A stretch of DNA of 64,000 nt, from positions 22,320,001 to 22,384,000 of the forward strand of contig OZ024745.1 in assembly GCA_964016885.1 (NCBI GenBank). Reading direction: 5' to 3'. How positions within the stretch are numbered: the stretch's first letter is position 1; each line of letters opens with the position of its first letter. Under the pieces are notes generated by a model. It did not search any database and had not been told where the DNA came from. It saw nothing but the letters and a program-made list of their open reading frames with translations. Positions 29,865 to 41,925 of the stretch are shown in pieces. This stretch comes from Eledone cirrhosa. Lineage: Eukaryota. The translations under genes and the position numbers were made by a program.

Positions 29865-30105
29865 AGCATCCAGTACACGCTGTAAAGTGGTTGGGGTTAG
29901 GAACGACATCCAGCCGTAGAAGGCTTGCGAAAACTTATACTCTCCACTCAATATGACAGTAAGTAAGCGGAGACAAACCTTCTTGTCCCTTCAGTGGCCC
30001 TGCTTCGGTTCTGACATGGCCTGTGTAGACCCATCCAAACCATTTTAGCAGAGAAAGTGGACATTAAATAATAATAATGATGATGATGATGTTGATGATG
30101 ATGAT
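29865..30105 (+). mobile_element. 3' tail of a SINE/RTE-like element ending in (AAT)(GAT)n
   Basis: gttaggaacgacatccagccgtagaa...ggacattaaataataataatgatgatg. Confidence 0.5.
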
Positions 30106-30696
30106 GATAATAATACACAAGAACTGGTTTAGCATTGGCTTCTCCAAGTCCATAAGAATAGAGAATCAACAGAATAAAACCACATATGTGATTCACGGTA
30201 CAGTTGTTACTACGAGAATGGTAAAATCCGTGTGGAGAGAGATAAGATTATTTGATGTATCAAATATTGCTATCTAATAATAATATTTAGCCGTATACTT
30301 ACTACTTGGTCATTGACATTCTACATCAATGTAACTCATTGTTATGGTTTATAACAAAGTTTTATAGCATCAATATAGCTGAGAGAAATACCTCGAGGAA
30401 GCACTAAATACACATACGTTGGAACCACACTTATATAATAGAGTGGGTTGAAAACTCCCCATCAACAGCGATTATACGAGGAATTACAAGACTTTTCTGG
30501 TTGTATCTAATATTGAAAATCAACAGAGAAGGCTGTTGATTCCAATAAAATCAGCTGCTCGAAATCCTTGGACTATATAGACAATACAGATTGGCGTGGA
30601 TCATGTCTTTAGAGCGACAGCAACAGACAAAAGATTTTCAGCGAAAATGTTCTATTTGGATGACAAGACTAGGAGTGATGTATCTGTCAATCTATC

Positions 30697-30833
<137 letters not shown>

Positions 30834-30887
30834 TTTAAAGAACACCCACCACCAGTGAAGTCATTCTTCTCTTTTTGCAAACATATC

Positions 30888-31091
30888 TTACTGCACCAAG
30901 GAATCCCCTTCATTTTCACCTATATATGAACGGATCTAGCTGTCGAAATGGCCGGAGCTCAGCCGTCGGGTTCCTGAATCTTTTCATATATATAAAAAGA
31001 TTCAGGATCCCGACGGCTGAGCTCCGGCCGTTTCGACGGCTAGATCCGTTCATATATAGGTGAAAATGAAAGGGGTTCCTTGGTGCAGTAA
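30888..31091. mobile_element. 204-bp palindrome of two tail-to-tail HHR-half units
   Basis: Near-perfect inverted repeat centred on a short (TA) run at about 30990; includes duplicated flank. Confidence 0.9.
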
Positions 31092-31119
31092 CATATGTAT
31101 ATATATATATATATATATA

Positions 31120-31944
31120 TCTACCCCAATCATCCTCCCCAAAAAACTCCAAATAAAACCCATCCCGAATGAACCAGAAAACCAACAAAGACTTAGGGAA
31201 AAGATGGCATTGGAAAAATTTAAAACAGAAATAGAACTGTTGCGATTAAGAGCCAACTCCAACGAAGAAAAATTCAAGTCACTCGACCAACAGATGGACA
31301 CAGAAATCTCAAAGCACTCTGAAGGCCTACTCTACAAAAAAACCCTAAAACTTTGGAAAGAAAACTGTGAGGATGAAGAACTAACATCCCTCCAGCGATG
31401 GGAAAAAAACGCCACCTGGTTCAACAACTACGAAATGGACTTCAAAAATGAACAACATACAGGTCACCCATTTTTAAAACAAACTAAAACTCACACACCA
31501 CATGCACAACAAATAACAAAAAAAGTAACAAAACGTCCAACATACCCCCAGCAAAACTATAACGATAATCCCAGAAACCATAGACAAAACTATAACCCTA
31601 CTAACAAAAACCAAAGATCCCCGAACACAAGGCAGGACCTGATCCGCAGATCACAACCCACACAAAATCTATTCCAAAACCGTAGACCCCTGCCCACACA
31701 GAGCCTGTTCCAAAACCGTAGATCCCAACCCACACAAAGGAACCAAATCTACAACCCGGACTATCAACAAACCGAACCTCAATACGTCCGAAACTTCTAT
31801 ACAAGACCACACAACAACAGGGGAAATACCATTAGATATAATAATACCAATGAAAAAACATTCCAGAAAAATCATTTTTTAGACCAAGGCTACAGGACTC
31901 ACGACACCCGGTGGCACAAACCGATTTTGAAAAACCGAAAATAA
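31120..31944 (+). CDS. PLE upstream ORF1 (5'-truncated): coiled-coil-like region plus Q/N/R-rich tail
   Basis: Open frame ..QQRLREKMALEKFKTEIELLRLRANSNEEKFKSLDQQM..; overlaps the RT ORF in the -1 frame. The called start at 31060 lies in the neighbouring repeat. Confidence 0.7.
   Translation, partial: STPIILPKKLQIKPIPNEPENQQRLREKMALEKFKTEIELLRLRANSNEEKFKSLDQQMDTEISKHSEGLLYKKTLKLWKENCEDEELTSLQRWEKNATWFNNYEMDFKNEQHTGHPFLKQTKTHTPHAQQITKKVTKRPTYPQQNYNDNPRNHRQNYNPTNKNQRSPNTRQDLIRRSQPTQNLFQNRRPLPTQSLFQNRRSQPTQRNQIYNPDYQQTEPQYVRNFYTRPHNNRGNTIRYNNTNEKTFQKNHFLDQGYRTHDTRWHKPILKNRK
31875..31915 (+). promoter_or_regulatory. Candidate programmed -1 ribosomal frameshift signal
   Basis: T TTT TTA (31875-31881) in ORF1 phase, 7-nt spacer, hairpin GCUACAGG/CCGGUGGC. 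A -1 slip lands in the RT frame. Confidence 0.7.
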
Positions 31945-34181
31945 TTAACATTTCAAATACAAACCTCTCAGCCCAACAAGTAAAAATTCTCTCCAAAGGT
32001 CTGAAATTCACACCAACACCACAATACCCTAACCCCAACGAGATAAATGACGATATCTCACACTTCTGTAGAAAATTACGTCTCACAGAGGAATTCTTTG
32101 ACAAGGAGAATAACGACGAATCAATTGTACGGAATAAAAGCAGCTACAACCCAACAAAAGGTAGAAACAGAGTTCTGGACAAATTTTGTGACCACATAGC
32201 TACCTTCCCATACCATGAACTACCGCAACCTAAACCCAAACCCAACACAAGTCGAAGGGAATGGGAGATTATCCATGAACTAAAAAACAATACGGACATT
32301 GTAATTAAGGAAGCGGACAAGGGAAGTACTGTTGTCATTATGGAGGCTGAAAAATATAAAAATTCTATGTTCTCTCTCTTACAAAATACTAATTACTATG
32401 AAAGAGTAAAAAACTACCAGCAATCAAAAATAATGACCAAATTAAACACACTGATTTATCGATACCAGGAAGACCTAACTAAAAAGGAACGCGATTATTT
32501 AACAAATTTTGAATACAAAACCAGCAACCTTTACGGACTTCCGAAGATCCACAAATGTAAAATAATCAACGATGCCTGTAAACAATCCACCTCAGCCTGC
32601 GTGAACACACAATACCCCACAGACCTAAAATTAAGACCAATTGTAGCGGGCCCACAATGTGAAACACACAGATTTAGCAACTTTATAGACATACTACTGA
32701 AACCAATACTGAAACACATACCAAGCCTTGTAAGAGACGATCTGGACCTCTTAAACCACCTCCCCAAACATGTCAACAACGACACTATTATTGTGTCTTT
32801 CGATGTAGTGAATCTCTACACAACGATCCCACACCAATACGGACTAGAAGCAATAGGATTCTGGCTAGAGAAATATCCCAATGAGATACCTGACAGAATA
32901 GAAAAAAGCTTCATCACCGAGGGATTAAAATTCATCCTACAGAACAACTTTTTTGATTTCGATGGCAATACTTACAAGCAAATATCGGGGACTGCGATAG
33001 GCACAACAGCCGCTCCAACTTATGCCAACTTAGTCATGGCATACTTAGAAGTCCAGATATATGAACAGTCCAAATCAAAATACGGATTGAACTTCCACAA
33101 ATATTTATCAGAGAATTGGAAACGCTACTTGGATGATTGCCTCATTCTTTGGTCCCACACACTCGACCAACTGAAGGATTTCAAAAACTTAATAAACGGC
33201 ATCAATAACCACATCCAATTCACAATGGAATACAGCCAAGATCAACTCCCATTTCTGGACATCTTAATCACAAAAAAAAACACAAATATCGAAACTGACA
33301 TACACTACAAACCAACAGATTCCAAACAATATCTGCTATTCACCTCCAACCATCCAAAGCACACGAAGACGAACATTCCTTTTAACCTAGCAAGAAGAAT
33401 TTGCACAATTGTCTCCAATTATGAAACGCGAAATAAAAGACTTCAAGAATTAAAGGAAATTCTACTTGAGAGAGAGTACCCACTATTACTAATAAATAAT
33501 GGAATAGAAAGGGCTAAAGCAATAGGCATTGATGAATTACGGAAACAGAAACAAATTCAAGGTACGTCCAATATTCTATCATATATCTCAACACACAACC
33601 CAAGAAATGCGGAAGCTTACAACACTATTCACAATAACATCCCACTACTAAAACAAAACCCAAGAATGAAAAAAGCCCTTGAATCACACAAAATAATCAA
33701 AAGCAAAAGACAACCAAAATCACTGAAAACATTACTCACCAATGCCAAATTACCTACCACAAACCCACAACCAAGTATCAAAAAATGTGGTCGCTCTAAT
33801 TGTGGAACCTGCACTCACCTCATTGAAGGCAACACGTATACATTTAAATCAGGACAAAATGTTACTGTAAAAAATCACTTCACTTGCTCATCAAAAAATC
33901 TACTTTATACCATTAAATGTAAAGGATGCAATGAAGATTATATAGGACAAACTAAACTCACACTCAGAAAGAGAATGACAGTTCATCGCCAACAATTACG
34001 AGATCCAACCACGAGACAGATACCACTAAGTGCACATCTAGACATTTGCGCAAGTAATAAGACACCCAAATTCCAAGTCTTCCCATTTTACCTTTGCGCT
34101 AACAATACAACAGAACAAATGCGAATAAATAAGGAAAATATGTTTATTCAAAAATATAGACCAACATTAAATAAGGTTTAA
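31911..34181 (+). CDS. PLE reverse transcriptase plus GIY-YIG endonuclease (uninterrupted, 756 aa from GTG; frame open from 31854)
   Basis: LSKGLKFTP, KEADKG, YGLPKIHK, RPIV, SFDVVNLYT, GTAIGT, RYLDD, FLD; linker CGRSNCGTC; NLLYTIKCKGC..YIGQT..RMTVH..E..LN. Confidence 0.95.
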   Translation: MAQTDFEKPKIINISNTNLSAQQVKILSKGLKFTPTPQYPNPNEINDDISHFCRKLRLTEEFFDKENNDESIVRNKSSYNPTKGRNRVLDKFCDHIATFPYHELPQPKPKPNTSRREWEIIHELKNNTDIVIKEADKGSTVVIMEAEKYKNSMFSLLQNTNYYERVKNYQQSKIMTKLNTLIYRYQEDLTKKERDYLTNFEYKTSNLYGLPKIHKCKIINDACKQSTSACVNTQYPTDLKLRPIVAGPQCETHRFSNFIDILLKPILKHIPSLVRDDLDLLNHLPKHVNNDTIIVSFDVVNLYTTIPHQYGLEAIGFWLEKYPNEIPDRIEKSFITEGLKFILQNNFFDFDGNTYKQISGTAIGTTAAPTYANLVMAYLEVQIYEQSKSKYGLNFHKYLSENWKRYLDDCLILWSHTLDQLKDFKNLINGINNHIQFTMEYSQDQLPFLDILITKKNTNIETDIHYKPTDSKQYLLFTSNHPKHTKTNIPFNLARRICTIVSNYETRNKRLQELKEILLEREYPLLLINNGIERAKAIGIDELRKQKQIQGTSNILSYISTHNPRNAEAYNTIHNNIPLLKQNPRMKKALESHKIIKSKRQPKSLKTLLTNAKLPTTNPQPSIKKCGRSNCGTCTHLIEGNTYTFKSGQNVTVKNHFTCSSKNLLYTIKCKGCNEDYIGQTKLTLRKRMTVHRQQLRDPTTRQIPLSAHLDICASNKTPKFQVFPFYLCANNTTEQMRINKENMFIQKYRPTLNKV

Positions 34182-34667
34182 TATACATTATGTCAACACC
34201 ACAATATGACATACACACACACACATAACACCTTCTACTTTAGAAAATAAAAACCCGAACTAAATAAACCTTAACATACGTTTGCACTGGCAATACAACA
34301 GCAAACACGAAAAAGTAAGGAAAATATGTTCATTCAAAAATATTCCTACTAAAGGAATCACTTTCCTACACACACACATACACACACACACAATATATAT
34401 ATATATATATATATATTCTCTTCATCTTAACATGCTAACCATACTCCCACACACATAACACCCATACACACACATAACAACCCCCACACCTACAACTCCC
34501 TCCCCATTTCTACTAATAGAACCACTTTCCTACACACACATATATATATACACACACACAAAATATATATTCTCTCCATCTTAACATACTCGCACACACA
34601 CACATAACACCCATATACACACACACACAACTCCTTCCCCCATCTCTACTAATAGAATCATCTTCCA

Positions 34668-34765
<98 letters not shown>

Positions 34766-35285
34766 ACACACAAGCACACAAATAAACATACATATCTTCA
34801 GTCTCAATAGAAAATCTGAACTCTGACACCCCGGCGAGCTGGCCATATTCACTGAACCAGAACATTTCTCCCAATCCCTTTTCTCTTGACCACTATCTCT
34901 CCATTGTCATAACATTCACTATAAAGACTACAGAATAGTTTTCCAAATAAGGGCGCAAAAATGTAATAAAAACTTGTTCACGTGACAGCCAAATTTCATT
35001 TATAACCAACCAAAAAAAAGCCTTCGTGAGCCTCCTTTTTTCAAGTAAAAAGAAATTCAAACACTCATATATGAAAAAACAACCTGTGACAACCCCCCAC
35101 CCTCTCTCTTATTTGAAGAACTATTGTAACGCGAACTGGCGCGAAATTTATTATAATTATTGACAAACCAATCAAATTACTTCTCGAAAAACCTGGAATT
35201 TCGAGCCACTTTTTCCATATAAAACAAGTAACATTCAGAGACCAACCAGATGTGAGAAAAACCACAGACCCTCCATCTCAACTCA

Positions 35286-35323
35286 CCTTTTGAAAAGCAG
35301 AAGAACTGCGAAACCGGTAAAGG
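35286..35323 (+). ncRNA. Minimal type I hammerhead ribozyme, U3-A8 variant, in the Neptune pLTR
   Basis: CCUU-UUGAAAA-GCAG(AAGAA)CUGC-GAAA-CCGG-UA^AAGG; stems I and II perfect, stem III palindromic. Confidence 0.85.
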
Positions 35324-35457
35324 AACCAAATAAATATATATATATTTTTTTAAAAAATAAGACTTCAGTTGCATTTTCGATTTCATCTCTTTTTCTTTAT
35401 ACTTTCACTCGTGTAGGACACCTCGGTTATTTTTCATTTTGTAAAAAAAAACCTCAC

Positions 35458-35497
<40 letters not shown>

Positions 35498-35681
35498 CAA
35501 AGGAAATGTGGTAAGGAACCAGATGGACCATAACGCACCAGAGTACTCAATACTTAGGGTAGTAGAGTGGGAAATAGGAAAAAGTATGACTGCGACGGCA
35601 GAGCTCAAGCCGTTTCGACGGCTATTTCAGAAATAGCCGTCGAAACGGCTTGAGCTCTGCCGTCGGGGTCATACTTTTTCC
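35498..35681. mobile_element. HHR-half fold-back element with ~80-bp tail (representative copy)
   Basis: Tail, then a palindrome centred on gctatttc-a-gaaatagc. Family members at 9509-9600, 37501-37633, 41406-41610, 42778-42832, 44279-44410, 46312-46495, 51886-52052, 56758-56945. Confidence 0.88.
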
Positions 35682-36674
35682 TATATATATATATATATAT
35701 CGACAGAGAGACAGAGAGAGAGAGATAAAAAAAGAAGGAATGTAATAGATCAATACCAACAATATGTCTATGGGAAATGTTTTACATACGAAATACATAT
35801 AAGTTACAGCCTGACATATGTAATATGGTCAACTAAGATTGTCCGAGCAATTAATAGGAAAATAACCTTCTTGGGGTATTTCTTGAACAATATCCTCTAG
35901 GTAGTACCACATTACCTTATCATAGACTCATCGGGTAATTTTCATGGTAGATATCATTCGAGCGAATATAAAGCATATGGCTTTATAGTATCTTCCTTAG
36001 CTGTCAGAAGATGTTTTCTTAACATCAGCCAGTGCTGCTTTCATTGCATAATTTCACGGGCATAGGAAAAATACATGTGTCTTTTGAGACATAAATGAAA
36101 TATGTTAAACCGTGGTATAGATGCACCTCTTCTTGTTACACAGGCAGATATTTCCTCCGTCTGATAATTCATGCTTAGGGCTCATTTGAATAGGATATCT
36201 CTAACGAAAGAAAGAAGGCTAACCTCCTTTCATTTTCTCACTTTTCTGTGTATATGTATGTGTGAATATTTGTGTATTTGTGTGTGTATGTGTCCGCATG
36301 TTATTATTGCTGCTGTTGTCTATGTCGTTATTTAAATCATTAAATTGTTCAAATTTATATGTTTTCTTATATAACATCCTTATTATTTACTTATGAAATA
36401 ATATATTCCACTGAAGAATGAAACATGTTTTATATTTAGTGTAAAAATATATGTTTTTGTTCAATAATTTAACCTAGGTGGGAATAATTATAAACAGTGT
36501 CTTATATTATTTCTTTACGGGTGATACAAAGGGAAATCTTTTCTTCGAAAATGAAAGGCTTCTATATTACAAACGGGAATGAAATAATATTAACAATTAT
36601 AGTCCTACCTCGTTATTTAGACTGTTGTAGTTAGAAAATATACTTTTACCTGCTACAACAACATCAATAATAAC

Positions 36675-37290
36675 GGTTTCTGATTTAGGCACAATGCCAA
36701 CAATTTTGGTGAGAGGAGAAAGTCTGTTAAATCAACCCCAGTGCATTACTGGTGCTTTATTTTATTAACCCTGTAAGGACGAAAGACAAAGCTAACCTCA
36801 GTGGGATTTGAACTCAGAGCGTAAAGGGCCGCAACTATTACTGTATGCCGCAAAGCATTTTCCCCGAGGCTCTACCGTCTTCAAATAATGGTTTCCACCG
36901 TCTTCAAATAATGGTTTCAGGTTTAGGTACAAGGTCAGAAATGTTTTCTTTGCCGGCGGGGTCGATAAAATCAACCCTTGTACTTGACTGGTGCTTTATT
37001 TTATCGACCCCGTATGGATGAAAGGTGAAATTTTAATACAGAACCTAAAGGGCCGTAATTATATGCCACAAAGCATGGTATCCGACACATCACCGATACC
37101 GCAAATCCTTACATAAGGATAATAATTGTTTCTACTTTTGGCACAAGGGCACAATTACCCAGTGCATTACTGGTACTTTATTTTATCGACCTCGTAAGGA
37201 TGAAAGGCAAAGTTAACCTCGACGGGATTTGAACTCAGAATGGCAAGGGCCGTAACTATATGCGTCAAAGCATGTCGTCTGACCCTAAGG
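36675..37290 (-). mobile_element. Cluster of three head-to-tail SINE family A copies
   Basis: Three successive reverse-complement SINE bodies (about 36675-36880, 36910-37105, 37120-37290). Confidence 0.8.
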
Positions 37291-37467
37291 ATAATAATAT
37301 CAGAGGAAAACTGACTAGAAGAGTCCATGATTTGCAACTCCAGGAGGATGTGGGGGTGGTAAAACAGAGACTGGACAAGTATAAAGGGTGATGTGCTCAA
37401 GCGAAGAGATGCTATAAAAATAGCTTATAAAATAGGGTGAACCCCTTAAAAGACTCTATTTTATAAG

Positions 37468-37501
<34 letters not shown>

Positions 37502-38984
37502 CGAAGGAATTGTGGTAAGGAACCAGATGGACCATAACGCACCAGAGTACTCAATACTTAGGGTAGTAGAGTGGGAAATAGAAAAAAGTATGACCCCAAC
37601 GGCAGAGCTCTGCCGTCGGGGTCATACTTTTTCATATATATATATATATGTGTGTGTGTGACAGCTCACACCTATGCAGATATAGCTGGCCTCCTCCAAG
37701 GTATATCTCATTGGAGGTGTCTTGGGTGGTTTAATGATAGGGATCCCAGTCCTATCATCTCATTTCTACAGCAGATTAAACTGGAGCAACGTGAAATATA
37801 ATGTCTTGCTCAAGGAAACAACACATCACCCGGTCCGAGAATTGAACTCACAACCTTTCGATTGCAGGCCCAATGCTCTAAGCGCTAAGCCAAGCGCCTT
37901 CAGAAAATGCAAAGTAGTTTCAGATGTTAAAGTCCTTTATTGATAAGGCTGTGATACATATTTCAATAAGGTCAGCGGCGATTCCGTCTACCCAGTGCAT
38001 GATGTCATCAGACAGCTTCTTACATAATAAGGTTACATTCATTCCTCCCGTGGCAATCCAAATTGAAACGACAAGGGAACAGACAAAGACGATGGTCTTG
38101 AAGCCTTCCCCGTTCTATATATAATGTTGTAATAAAGAATAAATTCTTATTTACGTTATTTATCAGCATCATCAACACGTGTCCAGTTCCAGCGATAATA
38201 TATAACTCTGTGTTATTACAGTGCACAGATAACAAAGAGTGATTGTCACAGTTGGAACGCCTTCTATTGAGCCTCAGGTCGACTAGTTGGAGAAATCAGT
38301 AGCAGCAGCAACAACAGCTATTATAACAACAATATCGTTAGCATCAAATAGAGCTAAAAATAGTACCAAGAAACTAACTACACACTTAAGACCACCATGG
38401 AGATTCTACATAGTCGTTTGACACGCTAAAAATAGCGACAGATCTCTCAAATTTCATTGTACTATATTTGAAAATGAAAGGTTACATTGTGAAATATAGA
38501 CTCATATATAAGAGACGGTACGGCCTTGGTTGAAACTTATCATAGATCTGCTCAAATCAATGATATCTTACGAATAAACAACAGCATCATTAACAACAAT
38601 AACAATGCTACCAACAACAATTACACACCAACAATCTGACAGAAAATTGCTGAATCTGCAGAAATAGCACAAATCCCACAGTATCTTCCTACAAAACTGC
38701 AGAATACACTGGATTCTGCAATTTTAGATAATAGTATGGTCTCGTGACTCCTGAAGGTGTCGTAGGCGCACCATATTGATATACGGCATTTCTAGGACAT
38801 TTTTAAAGCTGGTGGAGCCCATCTTCTTTCCAAGTCTGAATACAGCAGATTTCTAGTAGAGAAGGATAGAGTGAGAGAAAGGAAGTGAGAAAGAAGTATA
38901 GAGCAAGAAACGACACCAGTATTAAACTGATACTTTCTTATCGGCCTCAAATGGATAAAATATAAAGTTGACCTCGAAATAGAT

Positions 38985-39144
38985 CAAGCATGAGCAACAT
39001 TTTTCAAGCAATGGGCCGCATAAGATGTGGTTTATCATAAGACTGGCACTACTAAAAAATTCAAGGCAATTTTGAAATTAGGCGTGCAATTCAGAAAACC
39101 AAACGGGCCGCATGTGTCTCACGGGCCTCAGTTTTCCCATGACT
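38985..39144. mobile_element. hAT-like MITE remnant
   Basis: caagcatgagcaac...gggccgca...gggccgcatg...gttttcccatgactg, with imperfect TIRs and subterminal gggccgca motifs. Confidence 0.5.
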
Positions 39145-39377
39145 GTCATAGATCAACACAAATCAAAGAGATCTTAGGACCAAGTAAGAACAAGATCAAC
39201 AAAGGTAACAATGCTACCAACAACATTTAGACAACAACGACCTGACCCGAAGTGACCTATTGTACACTAATTGGTTGATCTACTAGAAATATCTTAAACC
39301 AAACACCCTCTTCCTACAAAATGGCAGAAGACACTGGATTCAGTAATTCTAGATAACAGTGTCTAAAACATTACTAT

Positions 39378-39750
39378 TTGGCAGTATCGGTAGAGGGTCG
39401 GACGCCATGCTTTGCAGCACAGTTACGTCCCTTTACAGTCTGAGTTCAAATCCCGCCGAGGTTAACTTTGCCTTCATCATTACGGGGGTCGATAAAATAA
39501 AGTACCAGTAATGTACTGGGTAATTGCTGGCCTTGTGCCAAAAGTAGAAACAATTATTAACCAAGGCTGGATTGGCAGTATCGGTAGATGGTTTGACGCA
39601 TAGAGTTACGGCCCATGCCATTCTGAGTTCAAATCCCGCCGAGGTTATCTTTGCCTTTCATCCTTACGGGGTCGATAAAATAAAGTACCAGTAATATACT
39701 GGGATAATTGCTGACCTTGTGCCAAAAGTAGAAACAATTATTAACCAAGG
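39378..39750 (+). mobile_element. Tandem dimer of SINE family A
   Basis: Two consecutive copies, both followed by aacaattattaaccaaggct. Confidence 0.85.
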
Positions 39751-40161
39751 CTAACCAAGAGCAAACTATACCAGCAACACTTATCTCCAAAACAAAAGTA
39801 ACGATCTACACCACCTACACCATCTCCACCACCTTTGCCACCTCCACCACCTGTGCCACCTCCACCACCTCCGCCAACTTCCCCACCACTGCAACTGACT
39901 TTAAAACTACTATATTTAAAAGCAACAAAACACGTATTTCCAACATCAACGCAAGCTATGACCACATCACCACCACCAACACCACCACCAACACCACCAC
40001 CAACACCACCACCAACACCACCACAGACAATAGCATTACTACTACTACTACTACTACTACTTTTATAGATACTATAACAGCAACTACATTACCACAACCA
40101 TTATATATATATATATATTTATACACACATACACGCAAGCACACACACACACACACACGCA

Positions 40162-40249
<88 letters not shown>

Positions 40250-40761
40250 TACACACAAGCACAAATATATATACACATATATCTATATATAAACACTGAC
40301 ACCTATATGCATGACTGACACAATGATGATCATTACCAACAGTACAACAGTACCAACGCCGGCACCGATACCAGCAATACTCCACTTACTACAACCATCT
40401 GTTTTTACTATCAACTCCGCCATTTCCAACAAGAGCTCATTATTCAACGTTGATGACATCATTAACTACAGTGATGTAATCAGACAGTTATTTAAGACAC
40501 AACTCCTACGAAAAAGAAAGGAGGAGAAAATAGTGTTAGAATGAATGTTCTGAGATTGTGGGGGACGTTATACCATTTTTTACACACTTCTTTTATTTCA
40601 CTCTCATCCTCCCTCCTCCCTCTCTTTATCTCTATCTATATATCTATCTATTTATCTATCCTCATCAGTTTTTCCTTCTCTCACTTTGTCTCTCCTTTTC
40701 TAACTCTTTCTCATTTTCACCATTTAGTTCCCAATTTCACTTTATTTTCCTCTATTTTATG

Positions 40762-40853
<92 letters not shown>

Positions 40854-40875
40854 ATAGATATATATGTATATATAT

Positions 40876-41396
40876 ATATGTAGGAGGTGAGTTTTATTGT
40901 AGCACAATAAAGCAATGCAAATATCGGATAAGTAGCACTCAACAGTTTATAGGACAGGAGTATAAATAATATAAGATCAAAAGATGGTTAAAAGAGTTCC
41001 AAGTATTTTATTATGCGCATTTCAAAAACAAATATCATCATGGGATGATATTTGCGTTCTGATCAGATGAAATAGGGAGACATGATATGAAGCTTAAAAA
41101 ACACTTACGAGCAGTGAAGTGTTAAATCAACATATCATATGTTGATTTAACACTTCACTGCTAGCAATTTTTTTTAAAGATTCATATCATGTCTCCCTAT
41201 TTCATCTGATGAGAACGCAAATATCATCCCATGATGATATTTGTTTTTGAAATGCGCATAATAAAATACTTGGAACTCTTTTAACCATCTTTTGATCTTA
41301 TATTATTTATACTCCAGTCCTATAAACTGTTGAGTGCTACTTATCCGATATTTGCATTGCTATATTGTGCTACAATAAAACTCACCTCCTACATAT
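40876..41396. repeat. ~520-bp fold-back palindrome (inverted pLTR pair) in (TA)n with two divergent hammerheads
   Basis: Arms of about 258 bp centred at catatcatatg (about 41136). Confidence 0.92.
41198..41268 (+). ncRNA. Type I hammerhead ribozyme
   Basis: UAUUUCAU-CUGAUGA(41206-12)-16-bp stem II-GAAA(41249-52)-UGCGCA-UA^AUAAAAUA. The left-arm copy on the minus strand has CUGAUCA (G8C). Confidence 0.8.
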
Positions 41397-41610
41397 ATAT
41401 ATAAAACGAAGGAAGTGTGGTAATGAACCAGGTAGACCGTAACGCACCAGAGTACTCGATACTTTGGGTAGTAGAGTGGGTAATAGGAAAAGAGTCAGAA
41501 CCCCGACGGCAGAGCTGAAGCCGTTTCGACAGCTATTTCTGGACCATGTGAGTCCAGAAATAGCTGTCGAAACGGCTTGAGCTCTGCCGTCGGGGTTCTA
41601 ACTATTTTCC

Positions 41611-41709
<99 letters not shown>

Positions 41710-41925
41710 CTATGTGTGTGTGTGCCTATGTGTGTGTGTGCCTATGTGTGTTAAACCTCCTACACCCTGATATGTCTCTGAAAACAATATCTCTTAACCA
41801 GAGTGGGAGACTGAGTCCAAAAAAGGACTAAGCTGTGAACCCAATATCCGAAAGACTTCGCCAAGTGGTGCTATCAATTTAGAGATGACTTGGGCCAAAA
41901 GCTATCAGAGTCATATATATGTATA

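Larger units (their letters stand above)
31120..35462 (+). mobile_element. Neptune-type Penelope-like element, 5'-truncated in ORF1, with (TA)n on both sides
   Basis: ORF1, RT/GIY-YIG ORF, (CA)-rich 3' region and terminal HHR. Confidence 0.92.
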
